From a virus (Duplodnaviria > Caudoviricetes), in IMG/VR virus record IMGVR_UViG_3300037457_000051, positions 1 through 40,646 of that record: a stretch of DNA of 40,646 nt. The stretch is one strand, 5' to 3'. Below, in pieces: positions 28,078 to 36,589 of this stretch (positions within the stretch are counted from its first letter, which is position 1; the number at the start of each line of letters is the position of its first letter). The notes below the pieces were generated by a model. That model did no database searches. It was not told the origin of the DNA and saw only the letters and a list, made by a program, of their open reading frames with translations. The position numbers and the translations under genes are program-made.

Positions 28078-28508
28078 GCAAAGGCAACACATTCGAAAAC
28101 GACCTGCTGAAGTTGATCTTTAACGCCACCGCGATCGCTAACCTTGCAGACAACGCCGGGACGGGTCCGCTGACTAATCTGTACGTCGCGCTACATACAG
28201 CCGACCCGGGCGAAGCCGGCACGCAGGACACGAACGAGGCCGATTACACCAGCTACGCGCGCGTCGCGGTGGCTCGGACCTCTGGCGGTTGGACGGTTAG
28301 CGGAAACCAGGCAGAAAACGCGGCCGAGGTAGCGTGGCCAGAAGCAACTGGCGGCAGCAACACGATCACCCACTGGTCGATTGGCGTCGCTAGTTCAGGC
28401 ACGACCAAAATCCTTTACTCTGGCGCCCGTACGGGTGGCGGCTTGGCTGTTAGCACCGGCATTCAGCCGACGGCTGCGGCTGGGGCTCTGGTCGTGACTG
28501 AGGACTGA
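28074..28508 (+). CDS. Phage structural (fibre-associated) protein
   Basis: FENDLLKLIFN..LYVALHTADPGEAG..EADYTSYARVAV, a widespread phage virion-protein pattern. Confidence 0.75.
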   Translation: MSKGNTFENDLLKLIFNATAIANLADNAGTGPLTNLYVALHTADPGEAGTQDTNEADYTSYARVAVARTSGGWTVSGNQAENAAEVAWPEATGGSNTITHWSIGVASSGTTKILYSGARTGGGLAVSTGIQPTAAAGALVVTED

Positions 28509-29611
28509 TGTCAACCGAGACTCTTGCTCCCGACGCGATACTCGTCCAGACGCTGCTTGATGGCGCCGTGACCGATATCGACGAGTCCGTTGATTCACCA
28601 GACGGCAATTGGTGCGTCTACAACAGCGCGTCGTCGAACAACACAGATCTGCGCGTCAGTTTCCCGAGTCCGACAGGGGACCCGAATACAGGCGCCGATC
28701 TGCAGGCGTTTCGCGCATGGGTCCGGAAAACTGCCAGCGGCGGAAACAGCGCGCTCTATTCGCTCGAGTTGTGGGAGAACGGATCTGAAGTAGCGGTGCT
28801 CGCCACGGGCGAGGTTACGTCCACGTCTGGCGAGGAGATCAGCGGAACCTGGAATGCGGCGTCTCTCAGCACTGCGGACGGCTCCGCGGTAGAGTGCAGG
28901 GTATCTCAGACCAGCGGTGGCTCCAGCGGCCCCGGCGGTAACAGAAGGCGCATCGAAACCGGCGCGGTCGAGTGGGTCGCTGATTACACAGCAAGCTCAC
29001 CTCCGAATGACATTGCGGGTCAGTCCGACGGCACGTCTACAGTCGCCGTGGCGCTGTCTGGGGCGGGCTCCATCTCGGGCACTTCTGCTGGCGCGGCCAC
29101 GGTAACCGGAGCCTTTTCGGCCTCTGCCCCTGTTGCCGGCCAGAGCGACGGCGTAGCGACGACATCGGGCGAGATTGCGGGCGCAGGCTCAGTGGCTGGC
29201 GAAAGCGCAGGAGCGACCGACGTCGCGGCAGCAATCACAGGTTTCGGAGCTGTCGCAGGCACGGCCGCTGCGGAGGCCACTGTAACCGGCAGCATCACAG
29301 GTGGCGCAGAGGAATCCATCAGTGGTACAGCCGAAGGCGCTAGTGCTGTCTCTGGCGAGCTCGCCGGCATTGGATCGATCGCTGGCCAGAGTGACGGGGT
29401 CGGAACTTCCGTTGGAGAAATCTCCGGCGAGTCCTCCGCTGCCATGGCGGGTGTCTCAGCCGGTAGCTCTACTGTCACGATGTCACTGTTCGGCACGGGC
29501 AGAATTTGGGGCATGTGCGATGGTCTCTCGTCCGCAACTGCTTCGATCACTGATCCATCAAATCCGCCACCCAGGCACTGCCGGTCGTCCTTGAGAATCG
29601 GAATCCGATAA
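28508..29611 (+). CDS. Fibre-like virion protein with ~20-aa Gly/Ser/Ala/Thr repeats
   Basis: About 9 repeats of [IV]AG[QET]S[DA]G..(T)V...[IL].G.G[SA] at ~29012-29550. Confidence 0.7.
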   Translation: MSTETLAPDAILVQTLLDGAVTDIDESVDSPDGNWCVYNSASSNNTDLRVSFPSPTGDPNTGADLQAFRAWVRKTASGGNSALYSLELWENGSEVAVLATGEVTSTSGEEISGTWNAASLSTADGSAVECRVSQTSGGSSGPGGNRRRIETGAVEWVADYTASSPPNDIAGQSDGTSTVAVALSGAGSISGTSAGAATVTGAFSASAPVAGQSDGVATTSGEIAGAGSVAGESAGATDVAAAITGFGAVAGTAAAEATVTGSITGGAEESISGTAEGASAVSGELAGIGSIAGQSDGVGTSVGEISGESSAAMAGVSAGSSTVTMSLFGTGRIWGMCDGLSSATASITDPSNPPPRHCRSSLRIGIR

Positions 29612-29621
29612 CGGAGAAATC

Positions 29622-29906
29622 ATGTCCGCTAGAGCAAACAACGAAATTTTTCCCAGTCCAGCCTACCGCACGGCGTGGACCACCACTCCGGTCGACTACG
29701 ACATTCGAGCCAACGACCCGACGCGCGACAACACTCCTGGACGACCGTGTCGTCAGATTGTTATCGCTACCGCAGGAACTCTGGTCGTCACCGGACCTGA
29801 CGGCACCGATGTAACGCTACCGTCGGGACCTTTGGTCTGGGACATCCAGGCGATTGCTCTGGTCGCAAGCGGGACGACTGCCCAGGGAGTCGTGGTGCTC
29901 TGGTGA
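29622..29906 (+). CDS. Head spike-base-like protein
   Basis: AGTLVVTGPDGTDVTL..IQAIALVASGTTAQGVVVLW resembles, from memory, the RcGTA Rcc01079 spike-base family. Confidence 0.55.
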   Translation: MSARANNEIFPSPAYRTAWTTTPVDYDIRANDPTRDNTPGRPCRQIVIATAGTLVVTGPDGTDVTLPSGPLVWDIQAIALVASGTTAQGVVVLW

Positions 29907-30226
29907 CGCCAGACCAGGCCACTGAAGCTTACCGCGCGCTGTGCCTCGGAGAGGTTCCGTTGGAGCCTGAGCCTCTCCTCGAGGAACAGACGGCAGCGAC
30001 GGGTGAGCCGGAGCAAGTGCTGGTCCTGAAACACGAGCTGAGCGCTAGGTGCCAGGAACTGAATGCAGCGCGCGCCGAGATTGCTCGGTTGCAGCAAGAG
30101 CTCTCAGTGGTCGAGAGCCTTCGAAGGCAAATCCTGTCTTTGCAAAATGAACTCGCGCGTGCTCGCGAGGCGGGAAACCGTTACGACATGATGCTTGCTA
30201 TGCTGAGGAGAAAGTTCGCATGTTGA
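29903..30226 (+). CDS. Hypothetical coiled-coil protein
   Basis: Heptad pattern; GTGA overlap. Confidence 0.55.
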   Translation: MTPDQATEAYRALCLGEVPLEPEPLLEEQTAATGEPEQVLVLKHELSARCQELNAARAEIARLQQELSVVESLRRQILSLQNELARAREAGNRYDMMLAMLRRKFAC

Positions 30227-32304
30227 GCGACCAGCAAACCATCGCGCTCCAAAATTGGATTCGCGGTAGCCTTGGCCACGCGGAGAGCCCCTCGACGCGA
30301 CACATCGAGGATGCAGCAAACGCGTTGGTCGCGATGGCCAAGACAATGGTCGTGGTGACCGAATTCGGCGCCTCCCCCAGCGCCAGCGCGGCGGTGAACG
30401 TCGCGGCCATCAATGCGGCGCTCGTGGCTGCCGCAGTAAGGAATGGCGTGGTCGTTATCCCGCCGGGCGTGTACGACTGCGACGCAGGCGACATTACGAT
30501 CCCGAGCGGTGTTACGTTGGAGGGGCTGGGGGATGGGGTTGTTTTTCTCAATGCGCACATAGTGGCGGCCGGGTCGGCGGGGAGTGAGATTGCATTCACT
30601 GCGCCGGCTAGCAAAGGTGACACCACGATATCGATTCCGGCGACCGGCTTGGACAACCAGTGGCTTAGGATCGCGAGTGTCATCAACGCTAACAGCTCCG
30701 ACGCCGGCATCGATCAGCTGGGGCGGGTTTCGTCGCAACACAGTTACCTCGCAGAGTTCGTTAAAGTGAAAACGGGTGGGGCCTCTTCGGCGACTCTATA
30801 CGCACCAATTCTTTGGCCGTACTCCAATACGCCAGGCAGTGACACGGACGGATCGTTCGCGACTTCCGTAGCGTTTCCTGTGACGTTTCACGAGGGCGGC
30901 CGCTTGCGCCGAATTGGAATCCGCGGCAAACGGTCGGCAGAAAATGACATCGTAAATCTGACGTGGTGTCGCGACTTCGTGATCGAGGATTGCACGATTG
31001 ACGCCAATGATCTGACGGTCCAAAACGTGCGCATGGACTACTGCTTGGACTGTCACGTTCGTAACAGTCGGCTACCTGGCAAGCTCACTTCCATGCCAGG
31101 CGGAAGCTCTGCAAACCAGGTCATTATCGCTAGCTGCACCAATTGCACCGTGAACGATTGCACCCTCGAAGGCGGAAACCAAACTGTCGATGTTACCTAT
31201 GTGCTGAACGATTCAACGTATCGCGGAGGGCCCTCCGTGTCGTGCGGCGCAGTGGGCTGCACGGCGTATGGCGTGCAAGGGGGCGCGGGCGGCGATGGCT
31301 TCACAGATCACGAGGGCTCATGGAAGCCTTTCTGGATCAACTGTACCGCGATAGGTGCGCAGCAGTGTGTGAGAATCAGGTCCCGTGGTGCAGTGGTTGC
31401 CAACTGTCGACACGTGGGCCTAGGAGCCACTGGGGCTGGGGTTCTAATTCAGGAAGCGGCCGTGTTCGAATCTGACGTCCACGATAACCAACTGCAGGGC
31501 AGCCTTTACGGCATCAACTACGACCCCGACACTTCCACGACCTATAACGCATTTCAGGCTCTAATTGGGCGCGGCGGGTGCCATATTCACCACAATGCTA
31601 TTTCGGACACGACTAGCAACGGCATCACGATCGACACTGCGCCAGCGTTGGCAACGTTGTTTGGGCCGACTGTGGAGTACAATGTTATTCGCAGCCCCGG
31701 CGCTCACGGTGTTCGTATTGAAGCGTACAATAACGGAACGATTGTCAGGTACAATAGCATTTCTGATGTGCCGGCCACTGGACGCGGCGGCGTCAGCTGG
31801 GGGCTGAACATAAAAAGACTGCACATCGGACCAAATCACATCTTCAATGTTGATGCCTCAAGCAGTGCGTTGCGCGGGAGTAGCGTAGGCTCATTCATCA
31901 CAGACAGCACCACCTTCCCCGGTGGGGAGTCCGATGCTGAACTGACCATCGAGCCACAGTTTACTGACTCCACTCTGGGAAATATCGTCAGAAATAACTC
32001 GTGCTTCGTGCAAGCGCAAGTCGCGGGATGGCAGCCATTCGTCGCCGGCATCGGCAACGCTGCGCCCACTCTCGACAGGTCATCCATAGGCATTTGGCTA
32101 GATGGCGAAGTGCTAAAGCTGAGCCGTCGTGATTCGGGGAATCTTCTGCGCGTCAACATTGCCGTGATGACTGGCTCGGGCACGCCGGAGAGCGCGGTCA
32201 CCGCTCCGGTCGGCTCGCTGTACGTTAGGACAGACGGCGGCTCCGGCACAACGCTGTACGTCAAAGAAACTGGCACTGGGAACACAGGGTGGGTCGCGAA
32301 GTGA
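30220..32304 (+). CDS. Tailspike / receptor-binding protein with right-handed beta-helix (pectate-lyase-like depolymerase)
   Basis: VTEFGA..AAINAAL..GVVVIPPGVY start, many N-x-I beta-helix rungs, C-terminal GTPESAVTAPVGSLYVRTDGG..LYVKE motif. Confidence 0.85.
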   Translation: MLSDQQTIALQNWIRGSLGHAESPSTRHIEDAANALVAMAKTMVVVTEFGASPSASAAVNVAAINAALVAAAVRNGVVVIPPGVYDCDAGDITIPSGVTLEGLGDGVVFLNAHIVAAGSAGSEIAFTAPASKGDTTISIPATGLDNQWLRIASVINANSSDAGIDQLGRVSSQHSYLAEFVKVKTGGASSATLYAPILWPYSNTPGSDTDGSFATSVAFPVTFHEGGRLRRIGIRGKRSAENDIVNLTWCRDFVIEDCTIDANDLTVQNVRMDYCLDCHVRNSRLPGKLTSMPGGSSANQVIIASCTNCTVNDCTLEGGNQTVDVTYVLNDSTYRGGPSVSCGAVGCTAYGVQGGAGGDGFTDHEGSWKPFWINCTAIGAQQCVRIRSRGAVVANCRHVGLGATGAGVLIQEAAVFESDVHDNQLQGSLYGINYDPDTSTTYNAFQALIGRGGCHIHHNAISDTTSNGITIDTAPALATLFGPTVEYNVIRSPGAHGVRIEAYNNGTIVRYNSISDVPATGRGGVSWGLNIKRLHIGPNHIFNVDASSSALRGSSVGSFITDSTTFPGGESDAELTIEPQFTDSTLGNIVRNNSCFVQAQVAGWQPFVAGIGNAAPTLDRSSIGIWLDGEVLKLSRRDSGNLLRVNIAVMTGSGTPESAVTAPVGSLYVRTDGGSGTTLYVKETGTGNTGWVAK

Positions 32305-32558
32305 CCTACCGCCGGAGGCGCAATGCGATTCGTTTTAGGTGTGGGCTGGTTTTGTCTCTACTTGTCCTGCAAGTCTGCGCATGTGGTACTTCGCGCGGGC
32401 GCGACGCTTGTTTCGCCGCTGTCGAGGCGGAGGCCAATGCCGAGTCGGATCGAGTCATCGATTCGGGAATTTGTGACGGCTACTCGACCGCGAGCGATTG
32501 CCCGGCATGGGTGACCGCCATGCAAAAATACGACGCCATGTATCTGGGGTGCCCATGA
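32301..32558 (+). CDS. Small Cys-rich exported/lipoprotein (possible lysis accessory)
   Basis: Basic N-terminus, hydrophobic stretch, then CACG. Confidence 0.55.
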   Translation: MTYRRRRNAIRFRCGLVLSLLVLQVCACGTSRGRDACFAAVEAEANAESDRVIDSGICDGYSTASDCPAWVTAMQKYDAMYLGCP

Positions 32559-32719
32559 CGCCAGCGCAGGGACTGTCGATTGTTGAGAAGGTCCTCGACT
32601 TAGTCTTGCGCCTGCTCCCATCGAGTAGCGCCAAAGCCGACCTGCTCGACAAGCTCGAGCGTAAGGCGGCGGCCAAGCGGCGCACCTTGCGGCGCGCGAA
32701 CGAAAGGCTGAGACGATGA
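32555..32719 (+). CDS. Hypothetical small protein
   Basis: ATGA overlaps on both sides. Confidence 0.55.
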   Translation: MTPAQGLSIVEKVLDLVLRLLPSSSAKADLLDKLERKAAAKRRTLRRANERLRR

Positions 32720-33099
32720 GATTTTACCTCGGCGCTCGATCGTTGCTCCGTCTGCGTGGTGTCCATCCTGACCTCGTGCGAGTCGTCAAGCGCGCGATCG
32801 AAATCACGACGGTCGACTTCACCGTGCTTGAGGGACTGCGGTCAAAGAAGCGTCAAGAGGCACTGTTTGCACAGGGCGCGACGCGTACGCTGAACAGTCG
32901 CCATCTCACTGGACACGCGGTGGACATCGCGCCGTGGATCAACCGCAAACCGAGCTGGCATTGGCCGCACTACCACGAGCTGTCGCCGCACATATTCCGA
33001 GCCGCGGAAGAGCTCGACGTGCCCATTGAATGGGGCGGACATTGGGCAAATTTCCTCGATGGTCCACACTGGCAGCTACCGCGAAAGGTCTACCCATGA
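32716..33099 (+). CDS. Endolysin, peptidase M15 (L-Ala-D-Glu peptidase type)
   Basis: LRGVHPDL, EGLRS..RQ..L, SRHLTGHAVD, WGGHW..FLDGPHWQL. Confidence 0.93.
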   Translation: MRFYLGARSLLRLRGVHPDLVRVVKRAIEITTVDFTVLEGLRSKKRQEALFAQGATRTLNSRHLTGHAVDIAPWINRKPSWHWPHYHELSPHIFRAAEELDVPIEWGGHWANFLDGPHWQLPRKVYP

Positions 33100-33293
33100 A
33101 CGGCATTCGCGACGCCATCAACGGCGCAATCGACTCCCTCCGCCCAGAATGCCTGGCAGAGCTGAGTAGGCTCCTGGAGTCTATCGCGGCGCATCCGGCA
33201 CCGAGCGCCGCCATCAAAGTTGCGCAGGGCTCGGTCGAAGCGTCGCGCAAGATCTGGGAAGACGATGAGGAGATGGAGGACGTGGACCCGTGA
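33096..33293 (+). CDS. Hypothetical protein
   Basis: ATGA and GTGA overlaps. Confidence 0.55.
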   Translation: MNGIRDAINGAIDSLRPECLAELSRLLESIAAHPAPSAAIKVAQGSVEASRKIWEDDEEMEDVDP

Positions 33294-33541
33294 AACAAGA
33301 GCTCTCCGTCACCGGCAAGCAACAGCTCTCCCAAATCCAAGAGCGCGTTGCGCAGATCCAGGACGAGGTTTCCGACTTAATCAAGCAGATGCGGCTGCTC
33401 AGCATAAACGTGGATATCTTGCGGGGAGAAATGAAAGAGCTCAAATTGCTGCTCGCGAACCTCGGGAACCTGATGCAGCTGCCTGCAGCTGCGCCACGTG
33501 CTGACGAGGATGACCGCGACACTCCAGTGGAGGATGAATGA
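33290..33541 (+). CDS. Hypothetical coiled-coil protein
   Basis: Heptads; overlaps neighbours. Confidence 0.6.
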   Translation: MKQELSVTGKQQLSQIQERVAQIQDEVSDLIKQMRLLSINVDILRGEMKELKLLLANLGNLMQLPAAAPRADEDDRDTPVEDE

Positions 33542-33864
33542 TCAACTTGCCTCGTCTACTGACCAGCTCGAAATCGCAAAACGCATGGTTCGCCATCGCC
33601 GGCATGTTTGTGTTAGCCGCATTCGGCAAGATCACTTTTGAGCAGCTGACCTGGGCGGTGACCGCGATCGTCGCGGCGCTCAATGGCTCCGTGGCGCTGG
33701 AAGACGCGGCGTCAAAGCGGGCGGGGCTCGACCCGAAGACTGGACTGCCTTCCGTGCGCCCGCCGCCGAGTGAAGTGCCCGGGTATCCCACCGACAAGCT
33801 GCCGCCGCCGCCGGGCGTGCCGGCGGACGTCTATCTACCGTCACCGACCAAGTCGCTGAAATGA
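33538..33864 (+). CDS. Holin-like membrane protein
   Basis: Two hydrophobic helices plus a Pro-rich tail in the lysis region. Confidence 0.55.
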   Translation: MINLPRLLTSSKSQNAWFAIAGMFVLAAFGKITFEQLTWAVTAIVAALNGSVALEDAASKRAGLDPKTGLPSVRPPPSEVPGYPTDKLPPPPGVPADVYLPSPTKSLK

Positions 33865-34259
33865 GCAGCGACACGAACAGCGACCGACCGCGCGCAATCA
33901 GTCGCATGTTCCCTAAGCAGCCGACGCTGCCGGCACTCTTTGACGCCTCGCAGGCACAGGCTCGTCAATTGTTCGCAATCCTCGAAGCAAACAAGAATCG
34001 AATCCAGGCGGAGCGCGAAGCTCGTGAACGGTTCGCCGAATTGACGCGCTCGTTGCAGGCCGAGCTCGACAAGCTCGAGGGGTCGATTCTCGCAGTGCGC
34101 GCCAAGCTGCATGAATTCGAACTCAAGCAAGCGACACGCGCTGTGCCCGAGGCGCTAGAGAAGGGCGCCGAGCGCGTGAAGTGGACCATTCTCGCCGCGC
34201 TTGGGATGGCTCTGATCGCATTTCTGAGCGCCGCGCTCACCAGACTTATAATTAAGTGA
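33861..34259 (+). CDS. Coiled-coil protein with C-terminal TM helix (lysis accessory)
   Basis: WTILAALGMALIAFLSAAL transmembrane segment. Confidence 0.6.
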   Translation: MSSDTNSDRPRAISRMFPKQPTLPALFDASQAQARQLFAILEANKNRIQAEREARERFAELTRSLQAELDKLEGSILAVRAKLHEFELKQATRAVPEALEKGAERVKWTILAALGMALIAFLSAALTRLIIK

Positions 34260-34271
34260 AGGAGTAAACCA

Positions 34272-34409
34272 ATGGCACTGATTATCACGATCCTCATTTG
34301 CGTAGCCGTCATCCTGCTAGGAGCAATAGCATCCAAACCTGTTGGATGGATTGCCGTGGCCTTCGGCTTGCTCGCGATGCTATTCGCGATCCTGGGACCG
34401 TTATTGTGA
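34272..34409 (+). CDS. 45-aa two-TM membrane protein (holin/pinholin candidate; not in ORF track)
   Basis: AAGGAG SD; MALIITILICVAVILLGAIASKPVGWIAVAFGLLAMLFAILGPLL; GTGA overlap with the next gene. Confidence 0.7.
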   Translation: MALIITILICVAVILLGAIASKPVGWIAVAFGLLAMLFAILGPLL

Positions 34410-34969
34410 TCGAAGTCCTGTTAGCAGTCTTGCTTTCGCTGCCGGTGCACTTCACGGACCGCGACGAGCCGCCGTGTGAACGGCAGGAGCGTATGCACGA
34501 GGTTGCGAAAGCCATTCACGCTGCCACCGAGCGCGCCACGGGCACGGTTTGGAAGGGCACGAGAACCGAGCTTGCGGCGGCGCTCATCACACTTGGCAAG
34601 CACGAGAGTTATTTTGCGGCCTATGTCGGTAGCGGGAATTGTTTATCCGGCCCGTCCGGGGCCCGGTGCGACCTCGACCCTCGAACGGGTCAGCCACGGG
34701 CGCGCTCCTACTGGCAAATCTGGCAGGTGGCATGGCCGCCACTCTGGCGACTCGAGCCCGGCACGCCTGAGGCACTCCAGGAGGCCGCCTACGGCGCCGC
34801 CGTGCGATGGGCTGGCGCCTGGTACCGATGCCGCGACCGGGCTCCCACGTCGGCCGTGGGCGCGTTTGCGGGCTACGGTGGCGCCAGCTGCGTGACACCC
34901 AAGTCAACGCATCGCGCAGTCACGTGGCATCGCGTCTTGCGGAGGATTCGGACACCGCCCGGTCTCTAA
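34406..34969 (+). CDS. Lysozyme-superfamily / lytic transglycosylase-like protein with N-terminal hydrophobic anchor
   Basis: AAALITLGKHESYF (catalytic Glu-Ser after a helix) and CD..ARSYWQI (cf. GLMQ motif). Confidence 0.6.
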   Translation: MIEVLLAVLLSLPVHFTDRDEPPCERQERMHEVAKAIHAATERATGTVWKGTRTELAAALITLGKHESYFAAYVGSGNCLSGPSGARCDLDPRTGQPRARSYWQIWQVAWPPLWRLEPGTPEALQEAAYGAAVRWAGAWYRCRDRAPTSAVGAFAGYGGASCVTPKSTHRAVTWHRVLRRIRTPPGL

Positions 34970-35121
34970 CGCGCCGTCAGGGCCAGAATCTGGAGTCGGA
35001 GCTTGCCACGCTCCGTGTAGAGGGCCTCTGTCGCGGTGCCGCGGGCTTGGGCCTGTGCGATCGTTCGGTCGAGGGTTGCGAGGGAGAGTCGGAGTCCAGA
35101 GAGGGTCTGTGTCGTCGTCAT
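34966..35121 (-). CDS. Hypothetical protein
   Basis: GGAG-like SD; last gene of the leftward arm. Confidence 0.55.
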   Translation of the reverse strand: MTTTQTLSGLRLSLATLDRTIAQAQARGTATEALYTERGKLRLQILALTAR

Positions 35122-35144
35122 ATTTATATTCTCGCCGAGAAGTC

Positions 35145-35471
35145 TCAAAAAAATCGCTCAAACTCGTCCTGACTCTCGCCGCATCGCTCCCACAGCTCCA
35201 GGCACTCCTGGAGTGGGATACGCCTGACGATCTTGGCTTTGCGGGGGTCTATTCGCACGCCCTCGACGTCCCCGTTCGACCAGTGTCCTGGCGCTTCGAT
35301 CACTACCACCTCGTCCCCGTACAGCTCCGGCGCGACGTCTGGGCAGCAAACCTGATATGCGTACAGGAAGACGTCCACACCCGGCTGCCCGCTCTCCTCG
35401 CTGTCCTCGGAGCGGTGGCCACTGATCTCGAGGCCGGCGGGTTGGATTCGGTAGTAGGTCCTCGTATTCAT
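35145..35471 (-). CDS. Hypothetical protein
   Basis: AAAGGA SD; protein-like composition. Confidence 0.7.
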   Translation of the reverse strand: MNTRTYYRIQPAGLEISGHRSEDSEESGQPGVDVFLYAYQVCCPDVAPELYGDEVVVIEAPGHWSNGDVEGVRIDPRKAKIVRRIPLQECLELWERCGESQDEFERFF

Positions 35472-35500
35472 TTGGCTAGTCCTTTCGAGTGCCCGTGTGG

Positions 35501-35743
35501 TCAGGGATTCTCGACCTCACCTGATTCGCCGTGCTGAAACTGGTATCCACGGAGCTGCTCGGAGTAGTCACCGCGTGCGCGCGCATGTCTCTTCGCAATC
35601 TCGTAGGCGGCATCGAGAGATTCGGCGCTACCGATGTGATCCAGGTCTGTGCCCGAGTCGTCGAGCCAGCGGTATACGTTCCACCTCTCGTCCTGCATCG
35701 CGTCCCTGATTTGCTGCGTGGTGGGTTTCTGCGTCGTCTTCAT
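35501..35743 (-). CDS. Hypothetical protein (leaderless)
   Basis: ATG 6 nt after the predicted -10. Confidence 0.7.
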   Translation of the reverse strand: MKTTQKPTTQQIRDAMQDERWNVYRWLDDSGTDLDHIGSAESLDAAYEIAKRHARARGDYSEQLRGYQFQHGESGEVENP

Positions 35744-35778
35744 GTACCTAGTATTACGGATTCAATCCGGGGAGTCAA
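35739..35778 (-). promoter_or_regulatory. Leaderless promoter with palindromic operator (copy 1)
   Basis: - strand TTGACT-17-AATACT-AGGTAC-ATG; spacer contains the perfect inverted repeat CGGATT-G-AATCCG. Confidence 0.8.
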
Positions 35779-35969
35779 CCCTGGGATTGATCTTTTTTCG
35801 CGCGCCCAGTCGATTTCTTCCGAGGCCTCGCGGCTTCGTTCGCGACCCGTCGAAGCCAGCTCGCTAGCGATCGATCTTCCGCGACGGCCGCAGCCGCCCA
35901 GGCGCGAATCTCGTCGGGGTCGGCTTGGAGTTCGAAGCGCCCGGCTTCGGGGTTGAGCGGGCGGGCCAT
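35775..35969 (-). CDS. Ribbon-helix-helix (Arc/CopG-like) regulator
   Basis: MARP..RFELQADPDEIRAWAAAAVAEDRSLASWLRRVANEAA; A..E.RSL..W pattern. Confidence 0.75.
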   Translation of the reverse strand: MARPLNPEAGRFELQADPDEIRAWAAAAVAEDRSLASWLRRVANEAARPRKKSTGRAKKDQSQG

Positions 35970-36184
35970 TACAGTATTCCCTGCAGCTCGCATTGCAGGT
36001 CCGTCTCGGTCCAGTGCTCACGCTCCGCACGGTTGCAGAGTTCCGCTGCCTCTTCCGCGGTCTTCAGCGACCGCGATGCAAACGCGATGTCTGCCTTCGA
36101 CCAGCCACGAGCATGGTTACGCTCGCGTTCGACTATATATTCGCCTTCGTTGCTATTTTTTCTCACTACTAGATACGTCGTCAT
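35969..36184 (-). CDS. Hypothetical protein
   Basis: GAGGAG SD; TAATG coupling to the RHH gene. Confidence 0.7.
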   Translation of the reverse strand: MTTYLVVRKNSNEGEYIVERERNHARGWSKADIAFASRSLKTAEEAAELCNRAEREHWTETDLQCELQGIL

Positions 36185-36226
36185 TTCGTCTCCTCAGGCC
36201 GCCTAGGGCCGTGCTGTCGACCTCCA

Positions 36227-36496
36227 TTAGTCCTCTCCGCTGGCCAGCAGATTCTCAGTCCGCCAAAGTCTCGTGAAATTGTACTGCGCTATGACCCATA
36301 GCCGCATGCCAGTAACGTCTCCGACTAGCCAACGCAGATCGCGATCGGCTTTTCGAAATTGCTCCGGATGCGCGTCGAGTGTGAGTAGCATCGTGCGGAG
36401 CAAACCGCGAGCGGTGCCTACGCTTGCCTCGCGTGCGTCGATTCCGTCGTGGGTGATTGGCTCGATGGCCATGTCGGCTAGTTGTTCTTGATTCAT
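36227..36496 (-). CDS. Hypothetical protein (leaderless)
   Basis: ATG 6 nt after the predicted -10. Confidence 0.7.
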   Translation of the reverse strand: MNQEQLADMAIEPITHDGIDAREASVGTARGLLRTMLLTLDAHPEQFRKADRDLRWLVGDVTGMRLWVIAQYNFTRLWRTENLLASGED

Positions 36497-36531
36497 GTAC
36501 CTAGTATTACGGATTGATTCCGGCTAGTCAA
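36492..36531 (-). promoter_or_regulatory. Leaderless promoter with palindromic operator (copy 2)
   Basis: TTGACT-17-AATACT-AGGTAC-ATG; 24 bp identical to copy 1 (36492-36515 = 35739-35762); operator CGGAAT-C-AATCCG. Confidence 0.8.
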
Positions 36532-36589
36532 TAGGGGTCGGGGAGAAATCGTCAGGGGCGGGTCGATTTTCTGGAGTGGGGTGCGCTGG

